From positions 64,001 to 128,000 of IMG/VR virus record IMGVR_UViG_3300045988_142085: a stretch of 64,000 nt of DNA. One strand, 5' to 3'. The number at the start of each line of letters is the position of its first letter. The first letter of the stretch is position 1. A program made the translations under genes and the position numbers. Below, piece by piece: positions 7,917 through 18,183 of the stretch. The notes below the pieces were generated by a model that saw nothing but the letters and a program-made list of their open reading frames with translations, was not told the origin of the DNA and did no database searches. The DNA comes from a virus.

Positions 7917-10776
7917 TTACTTTGCCTCCTTATTTAAATAATATGAATATTTATTATTAACATCTTCCGAAGTAATACGAATTTCTTTCGTATTCTCATC
8001 GATGTCGAATAATTTATCGTCGACTAAACCTTGTACGACGCTTTTAAGTGCACGAGCACCTGTTTTTCGATCGTAGGCAAGTTTAGCAATAGTATCGACA
8101 GTATCGTCATCGAAAGTAATTTCGATATCATACATGCCGATCAATTCTTTAATTTGTTTAAAGATTGCGTGTTTTGGAGTCGTTAAAATTTGTTTTAAGT
8201 CTTCCACACTCAATTCTTTAAGCGGGCAAATTACTGGTAATCGACCTAATAATTCTGGAATAATACCAAAGTTATCGAGATCTTCAGGTAAGATATAATC
8301 GATTACGTCGTTATACTTAGATTTTTCTTCCAATACGTCTTTAGATGCTTCACTAGAGAAACCGAGGCCCGTATCTAAATCTTTATTTAACCTTGCCGCA
8401 ATCTTCTTTTCAATACCGGTAAATGCACCACCACAAATAAATAAAATATTAGTAGTATCAATTTCAACAGTAGGAGATGACATAGCAAATCCACCTTGTT
8501 GATCGTTAGACTTAATAGCGACTTTGCCGCCTTCAACGAGTTTTAATAACTCATATTGTACGTCACGACCACCGATATCACTACCTTGAGAGCCAGCATT
8601 TTTAGGATCTCGAGCAGCAATTTTATCGATTTCATCGATATAGACAATACCTTGTTGAGTTCGTTCGACATCGTTACCGGCTTCACGGTATAGTTTGGCT
8701 AAGATGCTATTAACGTCTTCACCAACGACAATTTGTTACCCTATAGGCTTTTTATCCTATAGCTCTTACAGTTACCTGTAAGTTCAGCGTACATTTTTTC
8801 AGTAAAAATATTATACAAACTGAAGTGATCACTCTTGGGAATATTTTATTCTTATCATTAAGGTTCAATTCCTACGCGTTACGGTGTCAAAAGCCTTTTA
8901 AAACTTTTGATTACCTCGGTATTTTCCACATGGGTGCTTCACCGATTTTGATCACTTTAATTACTCTGACTTATTTGTACTTTCATCAGAGAGGGCTCGT
9001 TTTAAAGATAAATATCTTTTCATTTTTCTATCGAGAAAAATAGAAGCATTAGAATATAAATAATCATAAAAAGATAATGTTAAATTTTTCTTATAAAGAA
9101 CTAATTTTTTATATGTGATATAATCATCTATTTTAAATTCAAAATTTGACAGTATTTGATTAATTGATTCTGCTAATAAAGAAGAACCAACAACTATAAC
9201 TGTTTGAATTTTTTTTATATTTTTAGTGATATATCCATTTCCATCAAAATATCCACGGATAAAACTTGAAATAAGATTTTCTTTTATATTTGGCATAAAA
9301 GCATTTTCTGTTTTATTATAAACTACACCTAATTTAAATAAATCTTCTACTAATTCTTTTGACACAATAGATACAACAGATGTTTTTCTATTTTTTCTAT
9401 GCTTAATTTCTAAATTTTTGGCGCCAATATCATTAATAAATTTATTTAAATGGTTATCATCAACAGAGCTTAACTCAATTGATAATCTATTTTTATAAAC
9501 ATTACCATCAGCCATAATAAAACCCAGCCAATATGCTTGTTTTTCTGACTCTATTTCCTTAAAAAAACTTTTATCAAACGTTACATTAGGTCTTTTATAA
9601 GTAAATCTCATATTAACATTTTTCTTTTTTAAGTATGCTGAAAATGATTTAACAGAAATTTTTAATTGTTCTGCTACTTTATACATAGGAATATTTTCTT
9701 CTACATATAGTCTTAATCCTTCAACATATCTAGGATCTTCTATTTCAAAATGGACATTTTTTTTAATTTCTATTCCATTTCGTTTAAAATATCTTCTTAA
9801 AGAACCTACATCTACATTATATTTTTTTGCTAAAGTAGAAGTAGATACTCCTTTATTTTCAGTATATTCTTTTATTGCTTTTTTATATTTATCTTCATTT
9901 TTATATCGTGTCATATTATGACCCTCCTTATGGTCATAATTATATTACACAATATATTTGTCTGTCAACCCCGATTTGGTGAGACTACTTGCATCGACAA
10001 TAACACATGGTCGACCAAGATATTTTGCTAATTGTTTAATTAAGAATGTTTTCAGTTGTGTTATCGTAAAAGTTTTTTATCTTCTACTTCTTATAGTTTC
10101 CTATAAGCTCAGCATACCTTTTTAGCGTATATTTTTTTACCAAACGCTAGAGCGGCCTCGTGGTAGAATTATATTCTTATTTTAAAAATAAGGTTCATCT
10201 ACTATGCGTTGCCCCTGACTAGAATATTATTTCTAGCCTTCGGTTCAGATTAGCATATGCACTTTATGCACTTAGCCTTCCTGCTTAATTCCGCTCAAAT
10301 AATCCAGAAGTTCATGGTTTTTTCTTCTAGAACGGCAAACTTTTACAGCCACCGCAACCCGAGGACCCCAGCATTAATATATTTGATTTCTCAACATCGA
10401 TTCCAACATCTTTTTTCTTAAACGCATTATATTCGAGAAGCTTAGTATGATTAGTAATCGCGACACTAAGAATTTTCTTAGCGTTATCCTGATTGATTAC
10501 ACTTTCATCCAAGTAGGCTTTAATTTCTTTAGGCTTAACATCAGACTTTTGAACTTTAGAAGATTTTTTCTTTTTAGGTTTTTCATCGTCTTCACCATCT
10601 AAAGATAAGCCTAAGATGTCATCGATATCAAAATCACCTTCATCGTCTTGAACTTGAGATGCCATTTTCATGACGCATTCTTGACAAATAGCGATATTTT
10701 TATTAACGGAAGACTGAAAAGTAATATTGTGACTTTTTTGATCGTCGATATCTTTACCGCAATAACTACATTTCAT
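7917..10776 (-). CDS. clpX: ClpX ATP-dependent protease ATPase subunit, split into 3 exons by two introns. Approximate exons: 10351-10776, 9969-10052, 7917-8735.
   Basis: Exon 1 has the zinc-ribbon start MKCSYCGK and ..KSNILMLGSSGCG. Exon 2 (hand translation) reads KTFLIKQLAKYLGRPCVIVDASSLTKSG, completing the Walker A. Exon 3 reads (Q)IVVGEDVNSILAKLYREAGNDVERTQQGIVYIDEIDKIA...NILFICGGAF...GARALKSVV. Confidence 0.8.
8736..9968 (-). mobile_element. group I intron B in clpX carrying a LAGLIDADG homing endonuclease gene
   Basis: A free-standing ORF with its own RBS (aaggaggg) sits inside the gap between clpX exons 2 and 3. It is flanked by ~50 nt and ~225 nt of non-coding intron sequence. Confidence 0.7.
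8961..9914 (-). CDS. LAGLIDADG-family homing endonuclease (317 aa) with N-terminal helix-turn-helix-like region
   Basis: Two LAGLIDADG motifs: WLGFIMADGNV and IRGYFDGNGYI. Confidence 0.8.
   Translation of the reverse strand: MTRYKNEDKYKKAIKEYTENKGVSTSTLAKKYNVDVGSLRRYFKRNGIEIKKNVHFEIEDPRYVEGLRLYVEENIPMYKVAEQLKISVKSFSAYLKKKNVNMRFTYKRPNVTFDKSFFKEIESEKQAYWLGFIMADGNVYKNRLSIELSSVDDNHLNKFINDIGAKNLEIKHRKNRKTSVVSIVSKELVEDLFKLGVVYNKTENAFMPNIKENLISSFIRGYFDGNGYITKNIKKIQTVIVVGSSLLAESINQILSNFEFKIDDYITYKKLVLYKKNLTLSFYDYLYSNASIFLDRKMKRYLSLKRALSDESTNKSE
10053..10350 (-). ncRNA. putative group I intron A in clpX (~298 nt, no ORF), inserted in the Walker A codons
   Basis: The exon-1 frame runs into a stop right after GSSGCG. 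Collinear ClpX sequence resumes at 10052, preceded by an intron-terminal G (..cacaactg|aaaaca). Its 3' end resembles the 3' end of intron B (gctgagcttataggaaactataag versus gctgaacttacaggtaactgtaag). Confidence 0.55.
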
Positions 10777-10777
10777 A

Positions 10778-11350
10778 TTACTTTTTCTCCTTCGCTTTAA
10801 TGATTTCGTCGATAAGACCCATATCGAGAGCCTGTTGAGCTTCTAGATAATTATCGCGTTCACATGCTTCATGAATTTGTTCGTAGGTAATTTTACCGTT
10901 AGATTTCTCAGCATATTTACGTTCCAACTTTTCGCGTAAGCGCTCAATATGTTTAGCGACAATCTGAATATCGGTCTGTTGACCTTGTACACCAGTTAAT
11001 GGCTGATGAATCATAACTTCGGTGTTTTCGAGAACACTTCGTTTGTCGCCCATACTCAATAAAAAGCTAGCCATACTAGCACACATGCCCATACCGACAG
11101 TATGAACTGGACAATTAATGGTACGCATAGTATCGTAAATTGCCATACCGGCCGTAATACTGCCACCAGGACTATTAATATATAGTTTAATAGGCTTACG
11201 ACTACTTTCGTTCGCTAAATATAACATTGCAGGAACGACAAAGTTAGCTAATTCGTCATTAATTTGGCCCGTGATAAATAACACACGGTCTTCTAAAAGT
11301 TTATCGAAAAGGTTTACGCGAACACCTTCAGAATCTTTAATTACGGACAC
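10778..11350 (-). CDS. clpP: ClpP serine protease subunit
   Basis: 190 aa with GMCASMAS (Ser), MIHQP (His) and the ClpP fold pattern. It lies immediately downstream of clpX exon 1. Confidence 0.85.
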   Translation of the reverse strand: MSVIKDSEGVRVNLFDKLLEDRVLFITGQINDELANFVVPAMLYLANESSRKPIKLYINSPGGSITAGMAIYDTMRTINCPVHTVGMGMCASMASFLLSMGDKRSVLENTEVMIHQPLTGVQGQQTDIQIVAKHIERLREKLERKYAEKSNGKITYEQIHEACERDNYLEAQQALDMGLIDEIIKAKEKK

Positions 11351-12017
11351 GTCCTACCTCCTCAAAATTATTATTTAAAATAGTTTTTACAGCGAATACG
11401 ATCTTTTTAAATGTCGACATATTTTCTGTAAAAATAATAGCTTTATATCGCACTACTTCTTTTTGTTCAGGAGTAGCGACAGCTTCTTTTACTTTTTTAG
11501 CAGCTTTTTGTTTTTGTTCTTGATAATCGGTTTGTTTATTTTTACGTTTTTCAAGAACTTTGGCAATCTTTTCTGCACGAACTGCATCAGAATCTTTTTT
11601 AATCTTATTAGCAGACGCTTCGATTAACTTTAATTCAAGTTCGGTAAACAACTCAGATTCTACAAGTAACTTTTTAGTTCTTGGTCGTAAAATACCGATA
11701 CCACTTAAAAATAATTGCTGTACGTTACTATCGCTAAAACCGGCTACACGAATAGTCGTTTTAAGATTATTATTATAATCTTGATTAATTAATATCCATA
11801 GTTTAGCAATACTAACAGCACTTAAATTATTCCATTCTTTACACCAAGGATATTTCTTATAGCTCTCTTGAGCGATCATAGCACTAAAGCTAGAATAGGA
11901 TTCTTTAGACCAATCTAGTTTAGTAAGATCTTTAATCCTTGTGTAAAACTTAGAGATTCTTTCTTCTCGTTCACCGAACAAGATTACAGCACCTTGTTCT
12001 ATAATATTTGAACGCAT
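11337..12017 (-). CDS. hypothetical protein (226 aa)
   Basis: ORF in the co-directional array. Confidence 0.55.
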   Translation of the reverse strand: MRSNIIEQGAVILFGEREERISKFYTRIKDLTKLDWSKESYSSFSAMIAQESYKKYPWCKEWNNLSAVSIAKLWILINQDYNNNLKTTIRVAGFSDSNVQQLFLSGIGILRPRTKKLLVESELFTELELKLIEASANKIKKDSDAVRAEKIAKVLEKRKNKQTDYQEQKQKAAKKVKEAVATPEQKEVVRYKAIIFTENMSTFKKIVFAVKTILNNNFEEVGRVRN

Positions 12018-12068
12018 TAAGTTCCTCCTTTGTTAAATAAAAAAGACTCCTTACGGAGTCTTTAAAAT

Positions 12069-12671
12069 TTATTTTTTCTTATGACGAAGCATTTGAAGAA
12101 TTTGTTCACCTTCGTCAATTTTATCTTTATTATCTGGATTGTTATTAAAGAAATCCATAATTTGACGCATTAACAACGGTGTTTCATCTTCGCCGAAGAA
12201 TGCTTGGTCGTAAATATCGTCTTCTTTAATTAAATAATTATAACGATTATGGATACGATCGTATTCTGCACGAGCATCAATATTATGGTCGGCATCACCA
12301 CGCATTTTCATACGTTCACGACATGTAGACTCTAGAGTATTTAAATAAAAAGCATAAACATATTCAGGGAATAGTTCTTTAAGTTCTTTAGTGCCGGCCT
12401 CATCGAGAACGACAATATAATTTAAATCTTTATTTAAATCTTCCAAATAGTCTTTACTAATACCGTATGTTTCACCATTAATTACAGTACGACAAATATA
12501 GTCTTCGTCATTCCAATCTTCTTTGTCGACAAAGAAATACTGATCGACTGGATCGTTTAAACGACGAGATCTTGTTGTCGAAGTAATAATACGGTAAAAA
12601 CCTTTTACTTCGAATAAACCAGCTAAAGTACTTTTGCCACAGCCACTCGGGCCAGATAAAACGATTATCAT
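12069..12671 (-). CDS. guanylate kinase-like nucleoside monophosphate kinase
   Basis: P-loop GPSGCGKST plus TTRSRR, which resembles the guanylate kinase TTRxxR signature. Confidence 0.65.
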   Translation of the reverse strand: MIIVLSGPSGCGKSTLAGLFEVKGFYRIITSTTRSRRLNDPVDQYFFVDKEDWNDEDYICRTVINGETYGISKDYLEDLNKDLNYIVVLDEAGTKELKELFPEYVYAFYLNTLESTCRERMKMRGDADHNIDARAEYDRIHNRYNYLIKEDDIYDQAFFGEDETPLLMRQIMDFFNNNPDNKDKIDEGEQILQMLRHKKK

Positions 12672-12727
12672 AAATATAACCTCGCTTTAAAAAAAATATA
12701 TATATTTTATTTATATATTATACCATA

Positions 12728-13201
12728 TTATTTGACTTGTGTCACGACCGTTTTTCCGTCTTTAAATTCGACACAAAAACGCCGATCTGCATACTTCTGT
12801 AATACGTAATCAGCAAATGGTTTATATTTATTGATATCGTTCTCATTAAAATTATGCCGTACTTGATTAATAATCAAGACCGACAATTTTTTATTATTAT
12901 AAATAAATTCTTGAATTTTATAGATGTTATTTCTTGGTTGTCCGCAAAGAGAGAAAAAATCGTCGATAATTAATAAATCGACTTCGTTAACGATTTCTTC
13001 GACATCTTCTAAATTATTTGTAACGGCAACATAATAATCGCCGTCAAAATTATGTTGATGTAAGGCATCAACCCATAACGTAATAGGATACTTCTTAGCA
13101 ACTTCATGAGCCAGAAAACTTTTTCCACTTTGGCTCATTCCGTATAGTTCTACAACATTATTATTTAACGCTTTAATAATTTTATTAACAGACTTATTCA
13201 T
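12728..13201 (-). CDS. small P-loop ATPase (RecA/KaiC-like core)
   Basis: Walker A GMSQSGKS and Walker B DLLIIDDF. Confidence 0.5.
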   Translation of the reverse strand: MNKSVNKIIKALNNNVVELYGMSQSGKSFLAHEVAKKYPITLWVDALHQHNFDGDYYVAVTNNLEDVEEIVNEVDLLIIDDFFSLCGQPRNNIYKIQEFIYNNKKLSVLIINQVRHNFNENDINKYKPFADYVLQKYADRRFCVEFKDGKTVVTQVK

Positions 13202-13616
13202 CTGGAGTAAACTTCCTTACAAAATTAACTCTTAAGATAGCACTAAAATCTTCGAACATATGAATTAACAGTTCTTCAATATTTTTGCACACGTAGGTGT
13301 TTTCAAATAATTCACCTAAATACAAGAACTGATGTTTGCTCCAGTCAACTTTTTCAATACCGAAATCACTTACAACTGTAGTCGGTACACCGCCACCGAT
13401 AACGGAACAAATTCGTAATTCGTCGACCATAATAAATAATTCTGTTTCATTTAAAGCGATATATAATTTTTCTTGTCGTTTCTCTCCGCATGAAGCGTCA
13501 AAAATAGCTACAATAGCTTTTCTGACATCTTCTAAAGTATTTGCATCTTCTTTAATTTTGAGCGTCTTAATACATTCCTTAATATGATTTACGACGTTCT
13601 CTTTAATATATAGCAT
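13194..13616 (-). CDS. hypothetical protein
   Basis: ORF in array. Confidence 0.5.
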   Translation of the reverse strand: MLYIKENVVNHIKECIKTLKIKEDANTLEDVRKAIVAIFDASCGEKRQEKLYIALNETELFIMVDELRICSVIGGGVPTTVVSDFGIEKVDWSKHQFLYLGELFENTYVCKNIEELLIHMFEDFSAILRVNFVRKFTPDE

Positions 13617-13918
13617 TAATTATTGATAGTAATCCTATTATTTAAATAATCTTTAACCAAATCCCAAGATTTATAGAAGTCTTTATACATGTTGAACGAA
13701 ATTCTAAAAATATCTATGCATTCGTTAACTAAAGCATCTTGTCGACCTATTGTGTTTGTTATGGCTTCTAAAATTAACATAACTTCGATCTGTTCTGCTT
13801 CAACGAGCGGACGAGTCTTCGTAAAGTAATTTAACTGGCACAATCTAACGAATAAATCGATAATATATTCCTTGGGATTATCTAAGAGTAAAATTTGATT
13901 TGATTTTAAAATTTTCAT
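13616..13918 (-). CDS. hypothetical protein
   Basis: ORF in array. Confidence 0.5.
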   Translation of the reverse strand: MKILKSNQILLLDNPKEYIIDLFVRLCQLNYFTKTRPLVEAEQIEVMLILEAITNTIGRQDALVNECIDIFRISFNMYKDFYKSWDLVKDYLNNRITINN

Positions 13919-14235
13919 TAGTCAATTTTATTATAATAATCCTCGATTAAACTTAAATCGAAATCGGCATTAAGATCGATTTCATTGATTTCTAGTTTCG
14001 CAGGATTATTATAACATTGAATGAGTAGTTTTGCCAAGAACTCAAATTCTTTATAATTATCTTTTAAACCATTTTCTTTAACGATGGCTACGACATTTTG
14101 TGTAGGCTGATTGCCCATTAAAATATCTTCGCCGACTTTTGGTCGCTGATTAGGTTTAAAGCTATTAAAGACCTTGGCAATATGCTGAACCGATAAATAT
14201 AGGTTAAGCAACTGTTCTCGTTGTTCAGGTTGCAT
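13918..14235 (-). CDS. hypothetical protein
   Basis: ORF in array. Confidence 0.5.
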   Translation of the reverse strand: MQPEQREQLLNLYLSVQHIAKVFNSFKPNQRPKVGEDILMGNQPTQNVVAIVKENGLKDNYKEFEFLAKLLIQCYNNPAKLEINEIDLNADFDLSLIEDYYNKID

Positions 14236-14261
14236 TCTTTTCTCCCAATAAAAAACCGACC

Positions 14262-14636
14262 CTATTTCTCTAGGATCGGTAAATATTTAACAGATTCGAT
14301 AGCTGGTGCCATCATTGTATCACGCAATTCAATATCGTGACCTTTGCTTTGCATATATTTAATTTTTTTACGGAAATCGTTTATGATAGATTCTAATATA
14401 TCTTTATCGAAAACTTTTTCGCCAATACGCTTAGCAATAATATTATTTAATGCAACATCGATATCTTTATATGTTTCATTTTCTTTAAGAGAACGATCGC
14501 GGTTAATAACGCTATAATTAGTATAACCTAATAAATATAATTTAATCACTAAGTTAATTAAATTAGTATTGTTCTCGATATAAGATACGATGTTATGAGA
14601 GGTTAAAATTTCGCTATATAAATTATCTAGATTCAT
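14262..14636 (-). CDS. hypothetical protein
   Basis: ORF in array. Confidence 0.5.
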   Translation of the reverse strand: MNLDNLYSEILTSHNIVSYIENNTNLINLVIKLYLLGYTNYSVINRDRSLKENETYKDIDVALNNIIAKRIGEKVFDKDILESIINDFRKKIKYMQSKGHDIELRDTMMAPAIESVKYLPILEK

Positions 14637-15022
14637 GGCTTCTTTTTACAGCAACAACAGCAGTCATTGTTAGTATTATTATTACTGTTTTCACGACGAG
14701 ACGGACGCCCAGTATATTCATCGAACTGAGAAAACTCTTGTTTATGTTCGTTAATATACTTAATAGCATTTTCCTTATCGGTAATACCGTGTTTGTGAAA
14801 TTTATATTCTAAATCTGATACTGTCGTCATCATATTGTTTTTGTAGCAGTAATAGACTAATTCTTGTAAGTCGGTATATTTTAAAAATTTAGCCGGATTA
14901 CCTTGACGCCATCTTTTCCATTTTTCAGCAAAAGAAGGTTCGTCGATAGTAGACGGCATCGGAATATAACCTTTATAAGAATTGGTCTTAGATTTAGACG
15001 TCGACCGCCATAAAATTGCCAT
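14633..15022 (-). CDS. hypothetical protein with C-terminal poly-Cys/Lys tail (..NDCCCCCKKKP)
   Basis: ORF in array with an unusual CCCCCKKKP C-terminus. Confidence 0.5.
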   Translation of the reverse strand: MAILWRSTSKSKTNSYKGYIPMPSTIDEPSFAEKWKRWRQGNPAKFLKYTDLQELVYYCYKNNMMTTVSDLEYKFHKHGITDKENAIKYINEHKQEFSQFDEYTGRPSRRENSNNNTNNDCCCCCKKKP

Positions 15023-15026
15023 TTAT

Positions 15027-15650
15027 TTAACCTTTCTTCATTAGTTTTACTAAATATAATTTAAATCCGATACTTAATCCAGTAACAGTACTTAACAAAC
15101 TTAATATAGTAAAGAATAATGTAAATACGATCGGTAACGGATTAGATACGGTATAAATATTAGAATTATAAAAAGCACAGCTAAATACAGCTAAAATAAC
15201 TGTTATAATATTAATGATACCGACATAGATCGGATATGCCATAGCAGCCATTAAATTATATTTTTCACGTGTGCTTTTAGCTCTAACATTGTTAGTTTCA
15301 ATTAAGATGCCGATATAATTAATGCTGTTAATAATCATTAAGACTAGCATCATCGTAACAGAACTAACAGCTAATTTAAAATGTGTTGCATCGTTTGCCA
15401 TATGACTTACGATTAAACTGATTAAGCATAAGGCAGTAATAATGAGTGCAACAATAAATTCACGTTTTAAAAACGTTTCATGTACATTTAAAAACCGTAA
15501 ATATCCAAAAATATTACGATCTTTAAATAAATCTTTTTCTTCCACGGTGCCTCCTATTAGGGCATATAGAATACAAAGTACGCCGATAAACGGCATAAAA
15601 TTTATAAATCCTTGCAATATCCACAGCAAGAAAAGATATAATATTATCAT
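15027..15650 (-). CDS. polytopic membrane protein (207 aa)
   Basis: Multiple hydrophobic segments. Confidence 0.55.
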   Translation of the reverse strand: MIILYLFLLWILQGFINFMPFIGVLCILYALIGGTVEEKDLFKDRNIFGYLRFLNVHETFLKREFIVALIITALCLISLIVSHMANDATHFKLAVSSVTMMLVLMIINSINYIGILIETNNVRAKSTREKYNLMAAMAYPIYVGIINIITVILAVFSCAFYNSNIYTVSNPLPIVFTLFFTILSLLSTVTGLSIGFKLYLVKLMKKG

Positions 15651-15728
15651 TAAAATTTCTCCGCTAAAAACAAAGTTTCTAGCACTAAGTTGTGTGAGGT
15701 GAAGTGGACACAGAGGCCTGAAAAGTTT

Positions 15729-16049
15729 TTACGCTACGACGTATACTTCGCCATATTGGCGTCCGAATTGGATAGCCTCATCATAGCTGTCGACAAAAAT
15801 ATCGACTACGCCATGAATACCGGGAGCCATTCGGTCAGCTACAACATAATTGTAACCGTTGATATTTAGTACTGTGCCTAAAGCAAAATCGTTGCTCGCA
15901 ACGGCACCAACGTAAGGATACTCACCGTTGGCCATTACTGACCCAGTGTGAGTATAAGCGGTAAGTTCCATCGCATTAGCATTTGGAATACTCAATAAGC
16001 CTAATACCAATGCAAAAGATGCTACTAAAAACTTTAATTTATTAATCAT
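15729..16049 (-). CDS. secreted 3D-domain protein (MltA/RlpA-like double-psi beta-barrel)
   Basis: Signal peptide MINKLKFLVASFALVLGLLSIPNANA, then T.YTHTGS..ANG...GAVA...GT.L.I.G....V.DRMAPGIHGVVDIF. Confidence 0.6.
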   Translation of the reverse strand: MINKLKFLVASFALVLGLLSIPNANAMELTAYTHTGSVMANGEYPYVGAVASNDFALGTVLNINGYNYVVADRMAPGIHGVVDIFVDSYDEAIQFGRQYGEVYVVA

Positions 16050-16203
16050 AGTTAAAAGTCTCCTAACTTCTGTTCGTCTTCCTATTATTATTTAAAAATT
16101 TAAATAATAAGTTGTAGGGCGACATGAAATTAGTAAACTTTGAATGCTATTCACCTAAACAAACAAAGCCACTATTTGAAATACTTGTTTTTACGATATT
16201 GTA

Positions 16204-16518
16204 CTATCGAGGGCCAAGTGGAGGTCGATGATCTTCAAACAAAATTTGTACTGGATCTGGCAATGCCCAGATTAAAAAAATACTGAATACCAGCAAAACA
16301 ATAGACCACGTTAATAAATTCTCCACTTCTTTTCTGTGTTTTCCTTGCTCCTTAGCAAGACTGAATACTCCAGCAATTATTAACGAAATACATGCGCCTG
16401 AAGTAAATACGGCTACAAACGTTAATATCTGGATTACAGATACCACAAGGAGTTCGTCTTGAGTCATATAATACGAATTCCTTTCACAACAAAAACTTTT
16501 GCTAAAACAATTTAGCAC
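16204..16518 (-). CDS. small membrane protein (the start may be the internal Met at ~16467)
   Basis: Two hydrophobic helices. Confidence 0.45.
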   Translation of the reverse strand: MLNCFSKSFCCERNSYYMTQDELLVVSVIQILTFVAVFTSGACISLIIAGVFSLAKEQGKHRKEVENLLTWSIVLLVFSIFLIWALPDPVQILFEDHRPPLGPR

Positions 16519-16566
16519 TAAGTCTTTAGCAAGAGAAATAGTGCTAGCACTATTTATATTACATGG

Positions 16567-16764
16567 TTATGGCATGATTGCCACATCGCAAGGACATTCC
16601 CAATCGACATCTTCAGAATTCAACCAGTTTATAATATACTGATTGCCATCTTTATCTAAACCTTCTGAACAAAATTTGTCGCCGATGAGAATAGGATCTG
16701 TTACAAAATCTAATACATATATTTCTTGAAAATACTTTAACTTCATTCCTTTGCGAAATCCCAT
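16567..16764 (-). CDS. hypothetical protein (65 aa)
   Basis: ORF in array. Confidence 0.4.
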   Translation of the reverse strand: MGFRKGMKLKYFQEIYVLDFVTDPILIGDKFCSEGLDKDGNQYIINWLNSEDVDWECPCDVAIMP

Positions 16765-17306
16765 TCAGCTGCCTGAATTACTGGTTCTGGACAGAACACA
16801 GAATTAAATGGATCTTCTCCTTTCACACAGAATAGGGAGTTCTTAACAACGATTTTACAATCTGGAGCAAGTACTTTTAATAGATATTGTAACACACCAC
16901 GATACCAGTAGTCTTCTTCTCCAGAATCCTTACAAAATTCTTTAAATAAGTAAAGAATATAGTCTGGGCAATTTTCTTTAAAATATTTAAATTGAAAATC
17001 GCTTAAAGATTTTTTACCGTTAATATCTGGAATATCGGCCGGAGAAAATTCAATTAGATTAGGAGACTCGTCCCGAATTTCTTCGTATGGTTCATCGAAA
17101 TTATCTTGAATATATTGCAAGAAAATAGTGCCGACTAAATCGGTTGGCACACGAATGATTTTATCTTCGCTATTTTTTTGCTTTGTAATTTTATCGAACA
17201 ACCATTCAAAGAAGTCTTCTTGAGTCATATGTTTTTCTAAATACTCGACAGCTTTTGCTGGAGACTTAGGATCTATAAGTTTTTTAAGAGCTTCTTTGTC
17301 AATCAT
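16743..17306 (-). CDS. hypothetical protein, paralog of 17701-18183
   Basis: Shared N-terminus: LIDP..P.KA.EYLE..MT....W....I. Confidence 0.55.
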   Translation of the reverse strand: MIDKEALKKLIDPKSPAKAVEYLEKHMTQEDFFEWLFDKITKQKNSEDKIIRVPTDLVGTIFLQYIQDNFDEPYEEIRDESPNLIEFSPADIPDINGKKSLSDFQFKYFKENCPDYILYLFKEFCKDSGEEDYWYRGVLQYLLKVLAPDCKIVVKNSLFCVKGEDPFNSVFCPEPVIQAAEWDFAKE

Positions 17307-17309
17307 TAT

Positions 17310-17723
17310 TTAACCTTTCTTTGCTTTAATATATCTACTAGGAACAGTAACCATGATAAGTTCTGGTGTAACAATAACATGATTTAGACCTTTAGATTTT
17401 AAATAAATGCATTCATGCTCTTTATTGCCTTCAGTAAGGATTACTTTGTCGCCAAATTTAAAATTATGTTCATCGATTTCACCATTAGCAAAATCTTTAA
17501 TACTGTATATAGTATTTTCTTTTAATTTTGGATACGCTTTAAACATTTCACTCGTTAAAAAATTAACGTTAGGATTAAATTCTTTATTAGGACAAGTGAA
17601 TACAATGCCGTACATATCGTCGATATAAAATTGTTCAAAGCCTTCGTTAATAAGACTTTCTAAAAACCATTTAAGGTTATCGTTAATTTCGATTTTCATA
17701 TTAATCTTCCTTTGCAAAAACAA
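17310..17723 (-). CDS. hypothetical protein
   Basis: ORF in array. Confidence 0.5.
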   Translation of the reverse strand: MFLQRKINMKIEINDNLKWFLESLINEGFEQFYIDDMYGIVFTCPNKEFNPNVNFLTSEMFKAYPKLKENTIYSIKDFANGEIDEHNFKFGDKVILTEGNKEHECIYLKSKGLNHVIVTPELIMVTVPSRYIKAKKG

Positions 17724-18183
17724 AATCGTCGATATCTACAAGTTTTTCAGGTAAAAAAAGATCTACCATGTCAGTATCTTTTTTCTCAGCATACAAATTT
17801 CCTGTAAATTTAAATTTTTTAGCAGATCCATTATGCTTTTTAAGAATATCTTGAGTTAGGCTAAAGAAATATTCTTTAGACCATTTCTGATTATTTAAAA
17901 CTTCTGAATAGTCTTTAAAATAAATATTGACAGGCTCATTATCTTCAAAATGGTCTTTAAATATATCATATGGTTCTTGACAGGCATCTTGAATATAATC
18001 CATGAAAATATTAAACATAATTGTAATAGGAAGTTTAATCACTTCATTATCTTTTTGATCGATTATTTTTTCTGTAATCCAATCAATATATTCTTTTTCT
18101 GTCATATTTTGTTCAAGATATTCTAAAGCTTTGTCAGGATTATCAGGATCAATCAAAGATTTTAAAATAATTTTATTGATCAT
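17701..18183 (-). CDS. hypothetical protein, paralog of 16743-17306
   Basis: Paralog pair. Confidence 0.55.
   Translation of the reverse strand: MINKIILKSLIDPDNPDKALEYLEQNMTEKEYIDWITEKIIDQKDNEVIKLPITIMFNIFMDYIQDACQEPYDIFKDHFEDNEPVNIYFKDYSEVLNNQKWSKEYFFSLTQDILKKHNGSAKKFKFTGNLYAEKKDTDMVDLFLPEKLVDIDDFVFAKED

Noticed and set aside
8825-9043. 72-aa plus-strand ORF in the clpX intron
   Set aside because: Antisense to the intron and homing endonuclease gene. No RBS.
10327-10776. The ClpX exon 1 ending GSSG-CGGCKS could mark an intein (Cys1) inserted in the Walker A.
   Set aside because: The frame hits a stop 8 codons later. The missing ClpX segment is found as a separate in-frame micro-exon 300 nt downstream with an intron-terminal G. 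The gaps lack intein block motifs. Intron splicing is the simpler explanation.
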